Shown in pieces: positions 26,801 to 42,559 of a stretch of 64,000 nucleotides of DNA. The notes below the pieces were generated by a model, which did not search any database, was not told the origin of the DNA, and saw only the letters and a list, made by a program, of their open reading frames with translations. Location of the stretch: NCBI GenBank assembly GCA_017499595.2, contig CM038998.1, forward strand, positions 2,294,001-2,358,000, read 5' to 3'. Source of the DNA: Psilocybe cubensis. Taxonomy: Eukaryota. A program made the position numbers and the translations under genes. Position 1 is the stretch's first letter, and each line of letters starts with the position of its first letter.

Positions 26801-28006
26801 TATCTTTCGCCATAGTATACTCAAGATATTACTAAAACACGCTCCATGCTCATCAACCCACGCCCACTCTCCGTCTTGGTTTGCTCGCGTTCCAGTGCAA
26901 CATTGTCTCTCTTGAATAACATGCTCGGTGGATTCTCGGTTAAATTGCTCTCTAGCATCCAAGAATCGACACGATACCTCGACACTTATTCGAACACTGA
27001 GTCACCACCCCTTGATTTTATCATCATAGACGACCAATCTGAAACCCATGCTGATGATTTGGCTAGATATCTGCATTCTTCGGACCTAAAATGTTTTGAG
27101 GAAACCAAAGTCATTCACCTATATACCCCTACCACTAGTCGCTCTGGACAGGCTATTTTCGGGAACAGCACAATACCCGGCGTTGTTAAAATGACGAAAC
27201 CTCCTAGGCTTGCTCGACTGTTACAAACTTTGGCCACTCTGAAAAATCTACCCCATCCATTAATATCTCCTCATGCTACTGAAATCTCCAAGGCAGTAGA
27301 GGATATAGCAACTGCTCAGCGGACATTATATGGGAATGTACTTATTGCCGAAGGTACTTTATCTCTCAACTTGATGGATTACTTTGCAATCTGACCGAGC
27401 CGGTGTATAAACAGACAACCCCATTGCTCAAAATCTTCTCATTAAACAGTTGCAGCGTCATCATCTTGAAGTTGTGGCAACCAGCAATGGCGAAGAGGCT
27501 ATTGCAGGTGCGCGACTTTGTCTTCATTGTCATGCTTTATCCAATGGGTTTTCCGTTTTTTGTAGAATGGGAAGCGCATGAACCGGGATTTTTTAGTGTC
27601 GCCCTTTTTGACCACCGTAAGCTAGCTCTGATCTTTTTCTGCATCCACGTCTTCAGATACATTTCCCCCCCTTCAGACATGCCAATTTGTGATGGAGTTG
27701 AAGCTACCAAACGGTTACGCCACTTGGAAAGGAAAAACAATGTGTCTGTTATTTTACCGAGTACGTGATATTGTTTCCAGTTTACTACTTCTTTAATCTA
27801 ATCTGATTCGACAAAAGTTGTTGCATTGAGCGCGGATTGCCAAGACGCGACTAAGCAACTCTGCCTCAGTGCAGGAATGAATGCTTTTTTCAGCAAGCCT
27901 CTCAAAAAGAGTATGATTTCTGTTCTATGTTGTGAAGTGGTTTATTGACAGCAATACAGGTGATCTTGCCTCATTGTTGTCAATGTTTGGCCAGTTATCA
28001 ACATAA
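17813..28006 (+). CDS. Hybrid histidine kinase with N-terminal Ser/Thr-kinase-like, AAA/P-loop and GAF domains (group X, Chk1/Mak2-Mak3-like)
   Basis: Kinase-like [14 protein letters not shown]; Walker A GPAGIGKS and Walker [15 protein letters not shown]-box [13 protein letters not shown]-box [25 protein letters not shown]; receiver [17 protein letters not shown]...FFSKPLKK. About 60 introns counted by hand. Start codon less certain. Confidence 0.92.
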
Positions 28007-28261
28007 TAATGTTTTGCTTTTTTTTCGCTATCTTTAACTTGGACACGATATAATTATGATCATTTGATAAAGTGTAGCATCATTGCATATCAGAATTGGA
28101 TTTGGGACAAAGGGTATTTACAAACAGATATTGATTACTTCTGGTGAAACCGTTCTATAACAAGGGTTGAAGAAAGGGAATATAATGAATACAATGTTAT
28201 ACCTAGTACCACCATAATAATTTAAGTGAAACAACAATAGACGGGATTAATGAAAGATCAG

Positions 28262-29811
<1,550 letters not shown>

Positions 29812-29988
29812 AATGAGGAAACGACGACGGGCGGGAGTGGAGAAAGTTGAAGGGTAATTTGCAGAGGTGTGCCCGTGTGACGACTGGAGTCAGGTTAACG
29901 GATCTGATAAGATTAGATGCGGGCCGTGAGACACGTGATGTTCAGAGTAATTTTGTTTGTGCTCTGATTTTATTGAAAACTATCTTAG

Positions 29989-32410
29989 ATGGCCTCCTCC
30001 AAAAAAACGTCGGCTGGGGCTGGGCGGTCCAAACCAGTCAAAGGACGACCCCCGTCCACTTCCACCCTCGCACATCTTTCCCAGTCCAATTCCCCCTCAA
30101 TTCTGTCTGCCTTTTCCCCAGATGCCACTCTTTTTGCCTTTGTTGTACTTGCCATTGACAGACACCGTCTGCGCGTTTATGACTCTGCCTCTGGACGCGC
30201 CGTATCCGAGTACACCGTTGATTCAGCTCGTGTTTCCTCACTTAAATGGGCCACTTTGACCTCCGACTCTCCTGGTCCGGAACAGAATTCCCCAAGCAAG
30301 AAACGGAAGAAGACATCCGTACCCACCGCTGCCGAAAAAGACTCGAGTTCACGGACTGAGGTCGTTGCCCTAGGGTTGTCAGATGGAATTGTCATATTTT
30401 TCTCTCCTTCGCATTCGCAAGTCCTGCGGACTTTGACTCATCCTAAAAGCACCTCAGCCGTCTTGTCCCTCGCATTCGACCCGTCAAATGGCTCTGCTCT
30501 TTGGACCTCAAGCGCCGATGGCTCCATATGTCTTTGGGATGTACAAAATAAGACAGTTTTACGGTCTTGGAAAAACGACGACCATATTCCATGCACTTCT
30601 TTGTCAGTTTGTCCAACTCTAGAGGGCCACAGTACAAGTCTTCTTGCCGCTCATCACAGCATTCGCCTTTTTAAAGATATTGCAAACGACAATTCGCTCA
30701 GTAAACCCATGCAAGTTGCTGGTTTTACAGGCCATGCAACTTCTATTCAGTTGTTGCTCTGGTTTAATGAGTCCGAAAAACCTACTAAATTCTTTTCGAT
30801 GGCCGAAGGTGATCGATTTGTCTATTGCTGGGATGTGGAGGGCGCGTCTTTGAGCGAGAAACCTGTGGCAGCTATATCTCTCGATGCCGACGTCCGTACC
30901 TTTGCTCTCGCCACACCAGTAAATTCACAACAGTGTCTCATCGCGCTCTCTACTTCCGGTAAATTGTCTTTTGTTCCCATCCCGTCTAAATTCCCTTCCT
31001 CAACCGACAAATCCAATACGATTGCTACAATTTTACCACGGTCTACGGTATCTTCAACATCCAAATTCCGAGCTCAGGATCCACAAGTGATTGATTTAGT
31101 TCCACTTCCGACATCTCCTGGCCTCGTGCGTGTAGTAAGACTTGTGAAAGGAATCCAGCCAACTTTCGACACAATCGTAAGTTTCTGTTAATTTGTTATA
31201 ATATTGTATTTACCTTTTTCAGAGTTATCTAGATGACAGCGCCAATTATATCCATAATCCAATTCTTCCCGAAATAAACCAAGAAGATATCAGCATAGAT
31301 CCTCAGGTATGCTTCGTTACACCGATTACTGTGACCGCCATTTACAACCTTTTCACCCTAGAGAGCATTGAACAACCGTTATGTTGAATCAAAACAACTG
31401 ACAGTTGGCTCTGGCCACGACGTCAACCAAGAAGATGTTGATGGGTCTTTGGTCGAGCAGGAGTTCGACGGTTTCCTTCAGGTTGATCTTGCAGAAATGT
31501 CTTTGGGTCAAAGGTTAACTGCAGTGACTGAGACGGAAGCCAACCATGTTTCAGAAAGTGAAGACGAATATGAGCAACATATAAAACGTTCAAAGGCTAC
31601 TAAAAAAGCTCGTAGTGAGGTTGCTGCCATCCCCACCAATTCCTTGACGCGTACCCTCATTCAAGCCCTTCATTCATCTGATTCACGGCTATTGGAAATG
31701 TGTTTGGGGCACTCTGACCCTGCATTGATTTTGAACACCGTTCGACGACTACCTCCTCAGCTGACCATCCCTTTGATAACTGCCTGCGTCGAGAGGCTAG
31801 GAAGAGGTCCTCGCTCGTCGAATATGAAAGGTGGCGGTGGCGGCACAAGCTCTCAACGTGGCTCGGGCCTCCTAACATGGTTAAGGACTGTGTTGACTGT
31901 GCACACTGGACACCTAATGACAGTGAGTGTAAGGTTTCCAAATGAATGCTCTTATCTTGACAACGTCATCCGCAGATACCTGATCTAGTTGCCCGTCTCT
32001 CAGGGCTCCATGCAACATTAACCGCTAGATCGAGTTTGCATGACAGTTTGCTCTCATTGAGCGGTCGTTTAGACATGGTACTCTCTCAAGTTGAATTGCG
32101 AGCATCAACTACCCCTGCATCATTAGCCCCATTGAAGGCAAACAAAAAGAGACCCGAAGCCACCGTGAGACGATATATCGAAGGTGACACAGAATCTAGC
32201 GACGAACCGGACGACAAGATGGATGTAGAAGTTGAGATGGGGAGTGAAGATGAAGGAAGCCTTGAAGATATTGAGCTAGGGGGTGATAGTGACGAGGACG
32301 AAGAGGAATATGAAGATTTGAGCGATGGCGATAGCGGGGGAAATTTTATTGATGACGAGGCAGAGGAAGAAGATTTTACTGGAGATGAAGATGAGGATGA
32401 AAGTGACTAG
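29989..32410 (+). CDS. UTP5: SSU processome t-UTP component Utp5/WDR43 (WD40 + Utp12 domain + acidic tail)
   Basis: WD repeats; SLTRTLIQALHSSDSRLLEMCL; WLRTVLTVHTGHLMT; LLSLSGRLDMV; acidic C-terminus. Confidence 0.85.
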
Positions 32411-32519
32411 ATCTGGATTCGCCCCTTTGCGTACAGCTGCAAACATATATCATATTTAGGGTTTTGAGAATTATGAATACAGCAACCTGTGCACAACTGG
32501 CCCCTAATTTCGTATTAAT

Positions 32520-35500
32520 TTATATTACAGATACGTTCATTCCGCCAATGTCAACGTGCTTCAAGGCATTCCTAAGTGCCTGACCAGTATCATCAATGGA
32601 GCGTAAGAACCGCAACAATTCTCGACATAATTGCCAATCTTTCCCCTTCACAGCACTCATAAGGAGTCGAATTGCCTCATTACTGTTTTCATCTAGCTGT
32701 TCAAGATTATGCAAAACGAGCAAATAGGAACCTGCAGTTTTGAGACGATTAGTAGCGAGGCATGTCTGTTATGTGGGTCGCGAGGAAGTAAGGAATAAGC
32801 CAAGGTACTGTAGGTGAACATACATACCTCGAATAGGCCTTTGGGATTACCGACGACATTGAACAGTTGTCTCCAACGTGTCGGCTCCGTTTTTCTTGCA
32901 CAGCCAACAACCACGTCAAGGGCTACGTCAAAATGGTCCAGAAACTCGATAACAGTGGGTAATAGTTCGTTAGGAGTTTCCTCGGTGTTCTGGTTACCGC
33001 TGCTCGCTCCGGCTAAATCGGATTCCACTACTGTATGTAGGAGTATTTCCAGCGCATGGGCGAAGAAGACCAGATTCTTGTAATGGGAAGCAAACGTGAC
33101 TGCTTCGGAAATTTGCTTATTCTCTAGATGGTAAAGAAGAATGTGCTGCAGGAACAAATATGACTGGTACAACTCTATTAGTATTCGAATGTTTTTCTGC
33201 CAGAAAAGATCACTACGCACGCTGGTTGCATGTCTGAACAACGCGAATGGAAGGTTGGTTCGAACAGCAGCTTCATGCTCAATGCCAATTATAATGCCTT
33301 TATCCATAAGAACGGCTATTGACCAAATTCTGTTCAGTAATCTCCGTGTACTGAGTCGTCGGGAATTTTACTTACAAAGAGGATAGAAGTCGAGAGGGAT
33401 TTTAACGCTTTCTTTTACATCTTTTACGTCCGGATCGTCAACTGGTGGGGATTCTATAGATAGAGCGTTTAACCAAACACGCATTCCCTGAGCATCGTAC
33501 GCCCATAGTGAATTCTCCAACGCGCCAACACCACGAAGATGTATCCAGCAGAATTCTATTCGTTCAGCCAATACCTGGATGTCATATTTGACCTCATCGC
33601 TAGCGGACTGGGATTGATAATTAGCAGGAAAGAACTGTGTTATGTGCACAGACTCGCGTACCTTCCTGGGGCGCAAAAGGATCAGCTGTCCTCCAACTAC
33701 CATCAGTACAGTGGCAACTGATAGGTCGTTAATAGGATCTCCAATTTCTAAGCATCGTATTGTAAGCTTTTGAAAGGCCCGGTGGTTGATAAATGGCACC
33801 GACGCTTTTGGATACTAGGTATCATCCAGCTCAACATCCTGACTGCACCTGGTGCAGAGACGATGCCGGTAAATGTTATACTGCCGCAAAGATGGAGCTT
33901 TATGGATTCTGCAGTTGGGACAATGAGATAGTGATAAAGAGTATTATCTGCCGTATACGCAAGAAGAGAGTTGTCGACAATAGACAGTATCACGACAGGT
34001 GCCGGAAGTATTTCCCGGTGTAGGATGTTTTGGCTGGTCAATTCCATATCGCGGGAATAGAGCCTTATCTAAGCTAGCATTAAGCCAAGGTTCTCTATGA
34101 GGATGAGGATTCTAACCTGAAAAGATTTCGAGACCTCTACGGCTGCCACCAACACATGGTGAAACCACAGTAGGCCACCTCTTACAGAGAAATTTTGTTC
34201 CTGATCTTCAACAGCAAATATCTTCCAACGGCCTGACGTGGAACTATAATGGATCAGCCCACGCCGACCAGCGACAGCGATCAGCCTTCCGTCATTGCTT
34301 AATGAGGAGTATCGGATGGGCCAATTTAATGCCAGGTATCTTTGGGGAATCTGAACATGATTCAATATTTATAGAATTTGATGCTAGGAAACCATCTACC
34401 TTAATATGTTGCCAGACGTCAGACTCAGGATTGATGACACTTAGGTCAGGTTGATCAGCGCCTCTATACACCAACGCACGATCATCCATCTGCAAGAAAG
34501 CATAACGTGTATTATCCTGAAAGAAGTAAGCGTTTATACCAAAATGCAACTCATGTACGAGCTTACTGGTGAATGCTGACCCGTGGTTGCACTTTTGGCA
34601 AAAGGGATGACAAATATCTGGCCATCGTTTCCTGAAAACATCTTTAATGTATATATATATCCAGGTGAAAAAAAAGTACTTTGAGGAACAGATTTTGCCA
34701 ACACAAAAAGGTCAAAATTTGCCGGCCCCCAAAACTCGAGCGGTATCATTACATATTTGGTCATGTAGAGCAAACAAGTCTCACCAGACTCCTGACTCCA
34801 TACATAAATATATCTTGGAACCTGTAATGCGTCAATTTTCAGAAGTGAATGTGCAAGTAAAGTGCCCACTTTTCTTCATTCACAGCGTCATTAACTTCGA
34901 TCGCAGAGGCGAGACATTTGCCCCCCACGCTAAAGATACCCCAGCCATGTTCCCAACCAACAGCGAGGACATACCCATCAGATGTCCATTCTAGAGCAGT
35001 TACCGATCCAGTCTTTCGGTTGAAAGGATTAGGAACGTCTATTTGCTGAGATTTAGGAGAAATACCCTCTTCAGAGGGGAAATTGGTGAATTGAATCTCT
35101 CCGCTGTGAAAATTTTCAATCTAAGAACGAAATAGGGAGCAATCTACAGCTCACCCCTCGGTTCCGATTGCTATTAAAGAAAACTTAGTGTTGACAGCCA
35201 TCTTCGTTGCCCGCCTCGGTTCTTCATATTTCAATGCAGGTTCATCATCCTCAGGCTCCACTTTACGCCGTTTCTGGACCCATTTCGGGGTCTTGAAATT
35301 GTGGATACAGGTGCCATGCCAGTGTTGCTGTATATTCGCCTGTCGCTCTTCTGTCTTCAAAAAGAGGTAAGTATACTTCCTGCCGCGGAGTGTCAATGCA
35401 TACATCGTTCTCGTGGTCGTCAGGCGAATCCTCCGCTACCCCATCCACTTCATGCAGACCGACAAAGTATGCTCGACCATCAGATGTTATCCACAGCTCT

Positions 35501-36376
35501 CCATCCATAACCTTTGCGTGTATAATTTCAGTCACATAAACTGACATGTCAAGAGTCGGTTTTTTGTACTAAAATGTTCAGTGTAGCATTACTCACCGTC
35601 AGGCTCCACCAGCCAAGAAAAATCTAGATCATTGAGTAGCCATGTATTATAATCCAGCGGAATATTTTGTTCGATAGAAGCGTCGTCATCTTCGTCGAGT
35701 TCGACTGTCGGCCATGGCATGCTTTGAATTGTTGGGGGGTCCCGAGTTGAGAACGACATGTGCTGTTTTCGAGGAGATACACTGCAACGACGTATATGAT
35801 AAGAAATAACATTCAAATTGCATATATTCACCTTTGTAACCCCCCTTCTACTCTGACAACACCTTCGAAGTGGAGGCTGATTGATGGAAAAGGAAGTGCT
35901 TCCCCAGGACCAGCAAGAAAGTTGCGTTGAGCATTAGATGGCAGAGGTGAGGAGGCATATGCTGCGTCGTTGTTAAAGTCTACGGATATTAAAACCAGGA
36001 AAGAATCTGAAGTCTATGAATGAGGCCATTTAGTATTGTTTTTCGCATAAGATATGAGCATACCTTGACTATAATTCTATTTCCATCAGGGGACCACCAT
36101 ACGTCAAGATTATCCCCGTGGTTCAGAATGGAGATTGGTGTGCGTGTTAATACAGACAAGAGAGCAGACGGCTGAGATGTGGTTTAGCGACAACATAGAT
36201 GGTTCAATAAAACTCAAATCTACCCTGACAGACCACACATTGATTGCTATTCGAGTTAGAGTGCAGAAAAGTGACTTGCGTGGGCTTGGGGCCAGTGCTA
36301 CAGTTTGCTCGGTTGGGATATTGGGTAGAGTAGGGTTATTTGCAAGCTGTCTGGCGGCGGTGGTAGGAAAGTACAT
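32520..36376 (-). CDS. RIC1: RIC1, Rab6/Ypt6 GEF subunit
   Basis: MYFPT start; VYRGADQPD..W.HIKIP.RYL..NWPIRY; AVAGRRGLIHYS..SGRWK; LDFYPL; FAHALEILLH; VVGCARKTE..RW..LF; KDWQLCRELLRFL. Confidence 0.92.
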
Positions 36377-36724
36377 CCCAAACTTCGAGGTGCGGTATGG
36401 GAGGAGTGAGAGCTTTGGACATGTCTTTCACGCTTGAATTGCCAGTCCCAAAATAGCCGTTGCTGTATTCTAATTTCTCGGCATTTTCAATGGACGCCTG
36501 GCGTCCGTTCATTTTATTTAAGTATATCATGAGAACACATACAGTCCATCCCAATTGACGGTACCGGTACATCCATTACTCGGGGTGGGACACAATGAAT
36601 GGGAAATAATATGCGTGGAAGCAAAGCAAAGCTCGTATACACGTATTAAACAAGAGTTGGGAGTTTGTAGTTCCTACTAGTAGTACAACTGGCTCGGATA
36701 TTATATTATAAACGTATATATGGG

Positions 36725-37551
36725 TTATGTAGGTGGGTGATAAAAGTAATTTCGAACCTTGGCCCATAGGGTCAAATTATCTGTCTTTTTGTTTGAAACA
36801 ATCTCCTGAGGTCTTTCAATAACGGGTGATGTGCCTTGGGAATCTTCAATGCCCATAGCCATGGGTTGCAGCCGTGACTGCCTGAGTAAAGACAAAATTA
36901 GGCTGACTCCTTCACGAGACTGTGATGGAGCAAATTAATTAAGTCAGACAATCTGAAGCCATATAGTAAGCTATCCATACCCGCTGCATATTAGCTTTGA
37001 ATTTGGATAGACCATGATTTTCGATCTTCTTGGTTAGGCCCCACCCAAATTTCGAAACCACCCTAGCTTCCGTGTGCTGCAAGGTTTTCCTGTCCAACAT
37101 CTATGAGAAACAGATAAATTATCAAACATGACTTGACTGTACCCATCCAAGGTCTGGGCAAATTGTACGGATTCCTCAACTTGCATAATTTTGACGTGGT
37201 CCAGGTTCTTGGTGACACATTTGACTATTTTGCCGTAGGGATCCACTTCACTTTCCTCAATGACCCATGACTCTGCTCTCGATATGATGCCTTTCGGAAA
37301 CCATCTAGGCATGGCTCCTTTCTTGAGGATTAGTCGAGTGGTTATTAAAGAACCTGACGGGGTTTGGTGGCGAGAGATAACATCACATGAAATAACGTGG
37401 GCAGCATAAGGGTTTGGATAACGAAGAAAAAATGCTAAGGTGACAATGGACCAGGAATCACTATATTGGTTGGGAGGCTAAATGAGCACGCAATAGGGCG
37501 AGGCCTGAATTTAACGCACTCGTATAGAAAAGACTGGGAAAAGAATCTCAT
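36725..37551 (-). CDS. UPS1: PRELI/MSF1 mitochondrial intermembrane lipid-transfer protein (Ups1-like)
   Basis: MRFFSQSFLY.DSWSIVTLAFFLRYPNPYAAHVISCDV, TTRLILKKGAMPRWFPK, SWVIEESEVDP, TKNLDHVKIMQVEE. Confidence 0.85.
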
Positions 37552-38069
37552 GGCCTTTGGGCGATGTTGAAAGACTGGCAGTCAATAGGCGTAAGAGCCC
37601 GTGCTCGGATAGCGCGCAAAGATGGTTGACCAAACAGGATGCGAGTGGACCAGAGAACCAATGTACGGTGGGAAGAAGGAAAGAGGCTGCGTGTGCGTCA
37701 AGTTAAGACCTAATCGAGAACTTTTGGAGCCGCGCCTGGGGCGTATAAATTGATTAGTCAGCAGACAACATTCGCTAAAATTAGCCTGCCGTATATATGC
37801 CAGGAATTCCTTACACAACATGTACTCTAACCCTGTCCAGATGTTTGCAATCCTTTTGTAATGCCATGAAACAGTCTTTCGTTTATTACACCACACATCT
37901 GCCTTATTTTGCTGCATAATTTCACCAATTTGTCTGCTTAGTTGTTTAGTAGTTGCCTGTGATGCAATAATCACATGGTAGACGTTATACTTATAGACTT
38001 ACACAAGTTTAATACCTCACCCCGGATCTACTCTCTCGATACGCTATCCCTTCCTTCGTCCCATATTGT

Positions 38070-40975
38070 ATGGCCACGTCGATGGGTACATTTTCCTTCA
38101 ATTCTCGACTCTCCCCGGAATCCAAGCAGAAGCTTTCTCATTTCATCAAGGTCTATGGAGCACATCGTCCTGCTGTGCAGCGTTTGCTCAACCTAACCTT
38201 TATCGGATACATACTTGGAGCAACCTATGTAGGGCTATCGGGAGGTATGGTCTCCTCGAAGAAGGAAGGCCGCCCCAAGAAAGGCAAAGGTGGCGGGGTC
38301 AGTGGGAAATCTGAGCGAGTAGCGGTATGTATTTCAGACATCCTGTTAACATCTCTCTAAATTGCTGTTGCAGGTGGATGCAATGTTTTTTCAGCGTCTA
38401 GCCAAGATAATCCGCATTGTTATTCCTGGTATACGTTCTAAGGAAGCTTTGCTTTTGTTGATGCATTCGAGCCTGCTTGTCTTCAGAACCGCGATTTCGC
38501 TTTACGTTGCAGCCCTCGATGGAAAGTGAGTTACTCCGTTGGAGAGACCAGCACATTCACACTGACTAGATTATCAGAATTGTAGCTAGCCTTGTTCGCG
38601 CCCAACCTCTCCAATTCTTTTATAACATTTTGCGTTGGCTTCTAGTGGCCATACCAGCAACTTGGACAAACAGCTGGCTTTCTTACATTCAGAACAAGCT
38701 TGCAATTGCATACCGTACTCGTCTGACACAAGAAGTAATGAAGCAATATCTGGGCCAGGAAGGGCAAGGTTCGGACGGAAAGGTTTACTATAAATTAGGT
38801 AAATACGCTCACTCGTTACATGATCTTATGTCTTAAATTTCCCCAGCAAATCTGGATGACAGAATCAAGAACCCTGATCAGTAAGTAATGAATTTTGGAA
38901 CAAAGGAGAATTTTTATTAACAATGATTTTCCGTGATTATTTTTCATGCAGAATGATCACTCATGATATACAACGGTTCTCCAGCCATCTGGCCTCTATG
39001 TATGCCAACTTGGCAAAACCTGTTCTCGATGTTATTCTGTATAATTATCAACTATCACAGAATGTTGGAGCAGAAGGAGTGATGGGTCTCACATTTTTTG
39101 TCCAGCTTTCGGCAATGCTTTGTACGTTTTTAACTGTCTGGTAGATGTAAGATGAACTTACGATATGGTATAGTGCGCTATATGACGCCGCCATTTGGAA
39201 TGTATACCGCTCTCTCTGCCCAAATGGCCGGATCCCTACGTCATACACACTCACGCCTTGTCGAATTCGCAGAAGAGATAGCATTTATGAGAGGAGAAAC
39301 AACAGAAAAGATGCTTATTGAACGAGAATACGCGGCTTTGATCGCTCACGAAAATCGAGTTCTACAACGACGATGGTGGTTTGGTTGCGTCGAAGAAGGC
39401 ATTATCAAATGGCTTTGGGGGAGTTTTGGGGTATGAACCTAAACGGTGTTTTTTCTATCCCATTCTCAAGATCTTTTCAGCTCGTTCTGTGCGCCATTCC
39501 CGTCTTTTTCAAACTGCCTGGTGCTGTCGACACTGTTGATCTTGGTGGTCGAACAGAAGGTCCTACATACATGACTTGATGATTCAACCTACTTAACAGC
39601 ATTCTAAACAGGATTTGTAACCAATCGCCGCTTACTATTATCCTCTTCAGGTAAAGCGATGCCACCTTTTCAATAATTACTTTCATAATCTATTTTGACG
39701 CAGATGCCTTCGGACGAGTGATGTATTCATATAAAGACCTTTCAGAATTGGCCGGCTATACGGCACGTGTATCTCTTCTTCTTGACACCATGCAAGATGT
39801 TCGCGATGGCAAGTTTGACAAGGCTCTTGTAAATAGTGCAACGAAGGACGACAATTCACTCAGTATGCATCTTACATTTGACCAAAAATTCTCCATAATT
39901 GACGATATGTACTTAGCTTTGCAAGGGCGCGGTGAAGTGATAGAATCCGAGGATATTCGTTTTGAAAATGTGCCTATCGTTACACCAAACGGAGATGTCC
40001 TTGTAAAGAGTCTTAGCTTCCATATCAAACCTGGGGTATGCGATATTCGGTGATTTATTACAGTCCACATTCTTATGCTTAACGGATAGCAAAACCTCTT
40101 GATTGTGGGTCCCAACGGTTTGTCAAAACTTTGCCACCCGTTTGTTTTATGTGCTGACAATATAACTGACCAGGTTGCGGCAAGTCGTCTTTATTCCGAA
40201 TCTTAGGCGGACTCTGGCCAGTTTACGGAGGCGTTGTCCACAAGCCATCAGCATCACAATTTATCCTCATTCCTCAACGTCCTTATCTCCCCCTGGGGAC
40301 GCTTAGGGATCAAATCATATATCCTCATTCTCAAGAGGAAATGTACAAGCGCGGCGTAACAGATGATGATCTCTCCAAAATTCTCAGTGTCGTTGAGATG
40401 AGTCACATTGTCGAACGCGAAGGAGGATGGAACGCAACCAAAGAGTGGCGTGAAGCACTCAGCGGCGGAGATCAGCAAAAGATAGCATGGGCAAGGCTGT
40501 TCTATCACCATCCGAAGGTATGGTTTACTTGGTGTTTTTGTATGTATGTAAGTTGTTTACGCTCCGCGGAATTTTAGTATGCTGTCTTGGATGAGGCAAC
40601 CTCTTTAGTGCCCACTGAAATGGAAGGCATGATGATGGAATACGCCGGGAAGTTGAACATTACGCTCCTCACGGTTTCTCATAGACCATCCCTTTGGAAG
40701 TATCATGCTGTGATTTTGCACTATGACGGACAAGGAGGCTATGTTTTGTGAGATACAATCACCTTCTTTTCGTTCTGGTGAGCTGATAAGGCACCGTTAG
40801 TACCAAACTAGACGCCGAGAAACGTCTGGCCCTTCAAGAAGAAAAACAAAGTCTAGAAACAAAGTTGCTAGAAGTGTGCGTAGTACTTTTTTGAAAGGTT
40901 GACATTCTTCTAATGCGGAAGCGTAGTCCCAAGATGAAAGCCAGATTAGCTGAGCTGAGGACTTTAACCGGCTAA
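38070..40975 (+). CDS. Peroxisomal ABCD half-transporter (Pxa2/PMP70-like)
   Basis: [46 protein letters not shown], Walker A GPNGCGKSS, signature [17 protein letters not shown], Walker B AVLDEATS. Confidence 0.93.
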
Positions 40976-41310
40976 GCTTACCACTGGAAGATGTTACACA
41001 GATCAAACACAGATCACTCTGACCTATCCAATCGTTCATAGTGGTCTGCAAATCTTTATATACTTCTGTCTAGATGTATAAATATTAATATGGAAATATG
41101 AGACCATATAATCCCGACATATCGTGTACGATTACCTGCCAAATGAATGTACAAAGCAGATTTGAAAATCAGTCAACTATTCACGGAGCACTAAAGTGTG
41201 CTCCACCAATGTCGACCAATCACATAACGCCAAATACCGGTAATTAAAAACTGTTGGGAATCAGTTTGAGTGATTCATAGGCATCAGCACTCAACACGAG
41301 TGTTGAAAAT

Positions 41311-42491
41311 ATGGCAATTCGACTGGTGAACTCTTTTAAATACGCCAGAGTTGCACAAGCACCACTTTGGTTCACAACAAGAGCACTTTCGACCAATTCA
41401 TCCAAATATACGCAAAAGTTGCGTGAAAGAGCGGAAGAGTAAGATACATATCCGTTCTTCTGTGTTTACGGTAAATCTGACTGGTTGCTTCCAACTATCA
41501 TCAACGACGTTTAACGGTTAAACAGGCAAGGCCTAACTATATCGCAGCTTCTTGAAAAGGTTAGAGCGGATGAAGGGAAGAGACGAAAGGAAGAGGCAGA
41601 AAAGTTGAAAGCGGCTACTGCTCTGCTGCGTCCTAAACCTGCTTTGCCTGCCTCAACCACATCTGGCACAGCAGATAAAGTTAAGACTCAACTGACCGAG
41701 AGAAAGGACGCAGCACCTTTTAAAGTGAGTATCATTCAATGACATGCAAACCAAAACTCAACTCGGTTCGATATCGGCGACAGCCTCTATCTAGTATTTT
41801 GAATGTCTCGCGTATACTTGCGACCCCTCATACACCCGAGCAAATAACTGCGCTATGGACAGCATACCATGCTACACGTTCAGGCGGTACGGGTCGGGGA
41901 TACGTCTGTGCATCTATCCCGCTGGATATGTTCTACACGATGATGAAGACAGGCCGCCAGTACCCGACGTTTATACTACCCTTGCCTCGCGAGCAGCCTG
42001 CCGATCCCACCGTGCCGCCGCCCGCCCCAGGTGAACACAATGTTGCGCATGAATTTTATTTCATGCAGTGGGATTTCCATGCGCCTCCGGAGGTCCCTTC
42101 GGCGTCGGAAGACCCGTTTACGAAACCGGGGCAAAGCTTTGCAGAAGTTTCGAATCCTGCCGCCGCGACTGTACTGTTCACGCCGCTACAGGAGTATAAA
42201 CTGCGCGGTGCATTTTCGACGCCGTATCTCGTGCTGACGATGTATACCGACTTGGCGGCGACGCACAGCGTTATTCTGATGCGCGGCGAAATTACCCCTT
42301 CAACTACTGGTGTTGACAGGTACATGTTGAATCAAGAGGATGCTCAGATTTTGGCTATGTCATTACAAAAGTTCTATCTTTGGAACAACGATGGCAAGGA
42401 CGATGGTGAACGGTTGCTACGCACATTCCATGAAAAGCCGGAGGAATTCAAGTGGCAAGAGCTACTTGATTTTTCAAAGTTGACTGTTTAA
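41311..42491 (+). CDS. ATP11: Mitochondrial F1-ATPase assembly chaperone Atp11
   Basis: Presequence-like N-terminus, KYTQKL, KPLSSILN, ITALWTAYH, YPTFILPLPR, FYFMQW, LFTPLQEYK, ILMRGEI. Confidence 0.9.
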
Positions 42492-42559
42492 CGTTGTATA
42501 ATGGATATTATAGGTATATATTAATGACAATAGATGGATGGCGTTTGGGAATGCAATTT

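Noticed and set aside
36745-36772. GGTTCGAA T-loop-like motif (minus strand) suggesting a tRNA
   Set aside because: No T-stem or cloverleaf; it lies in the last coding exon of UPS1.
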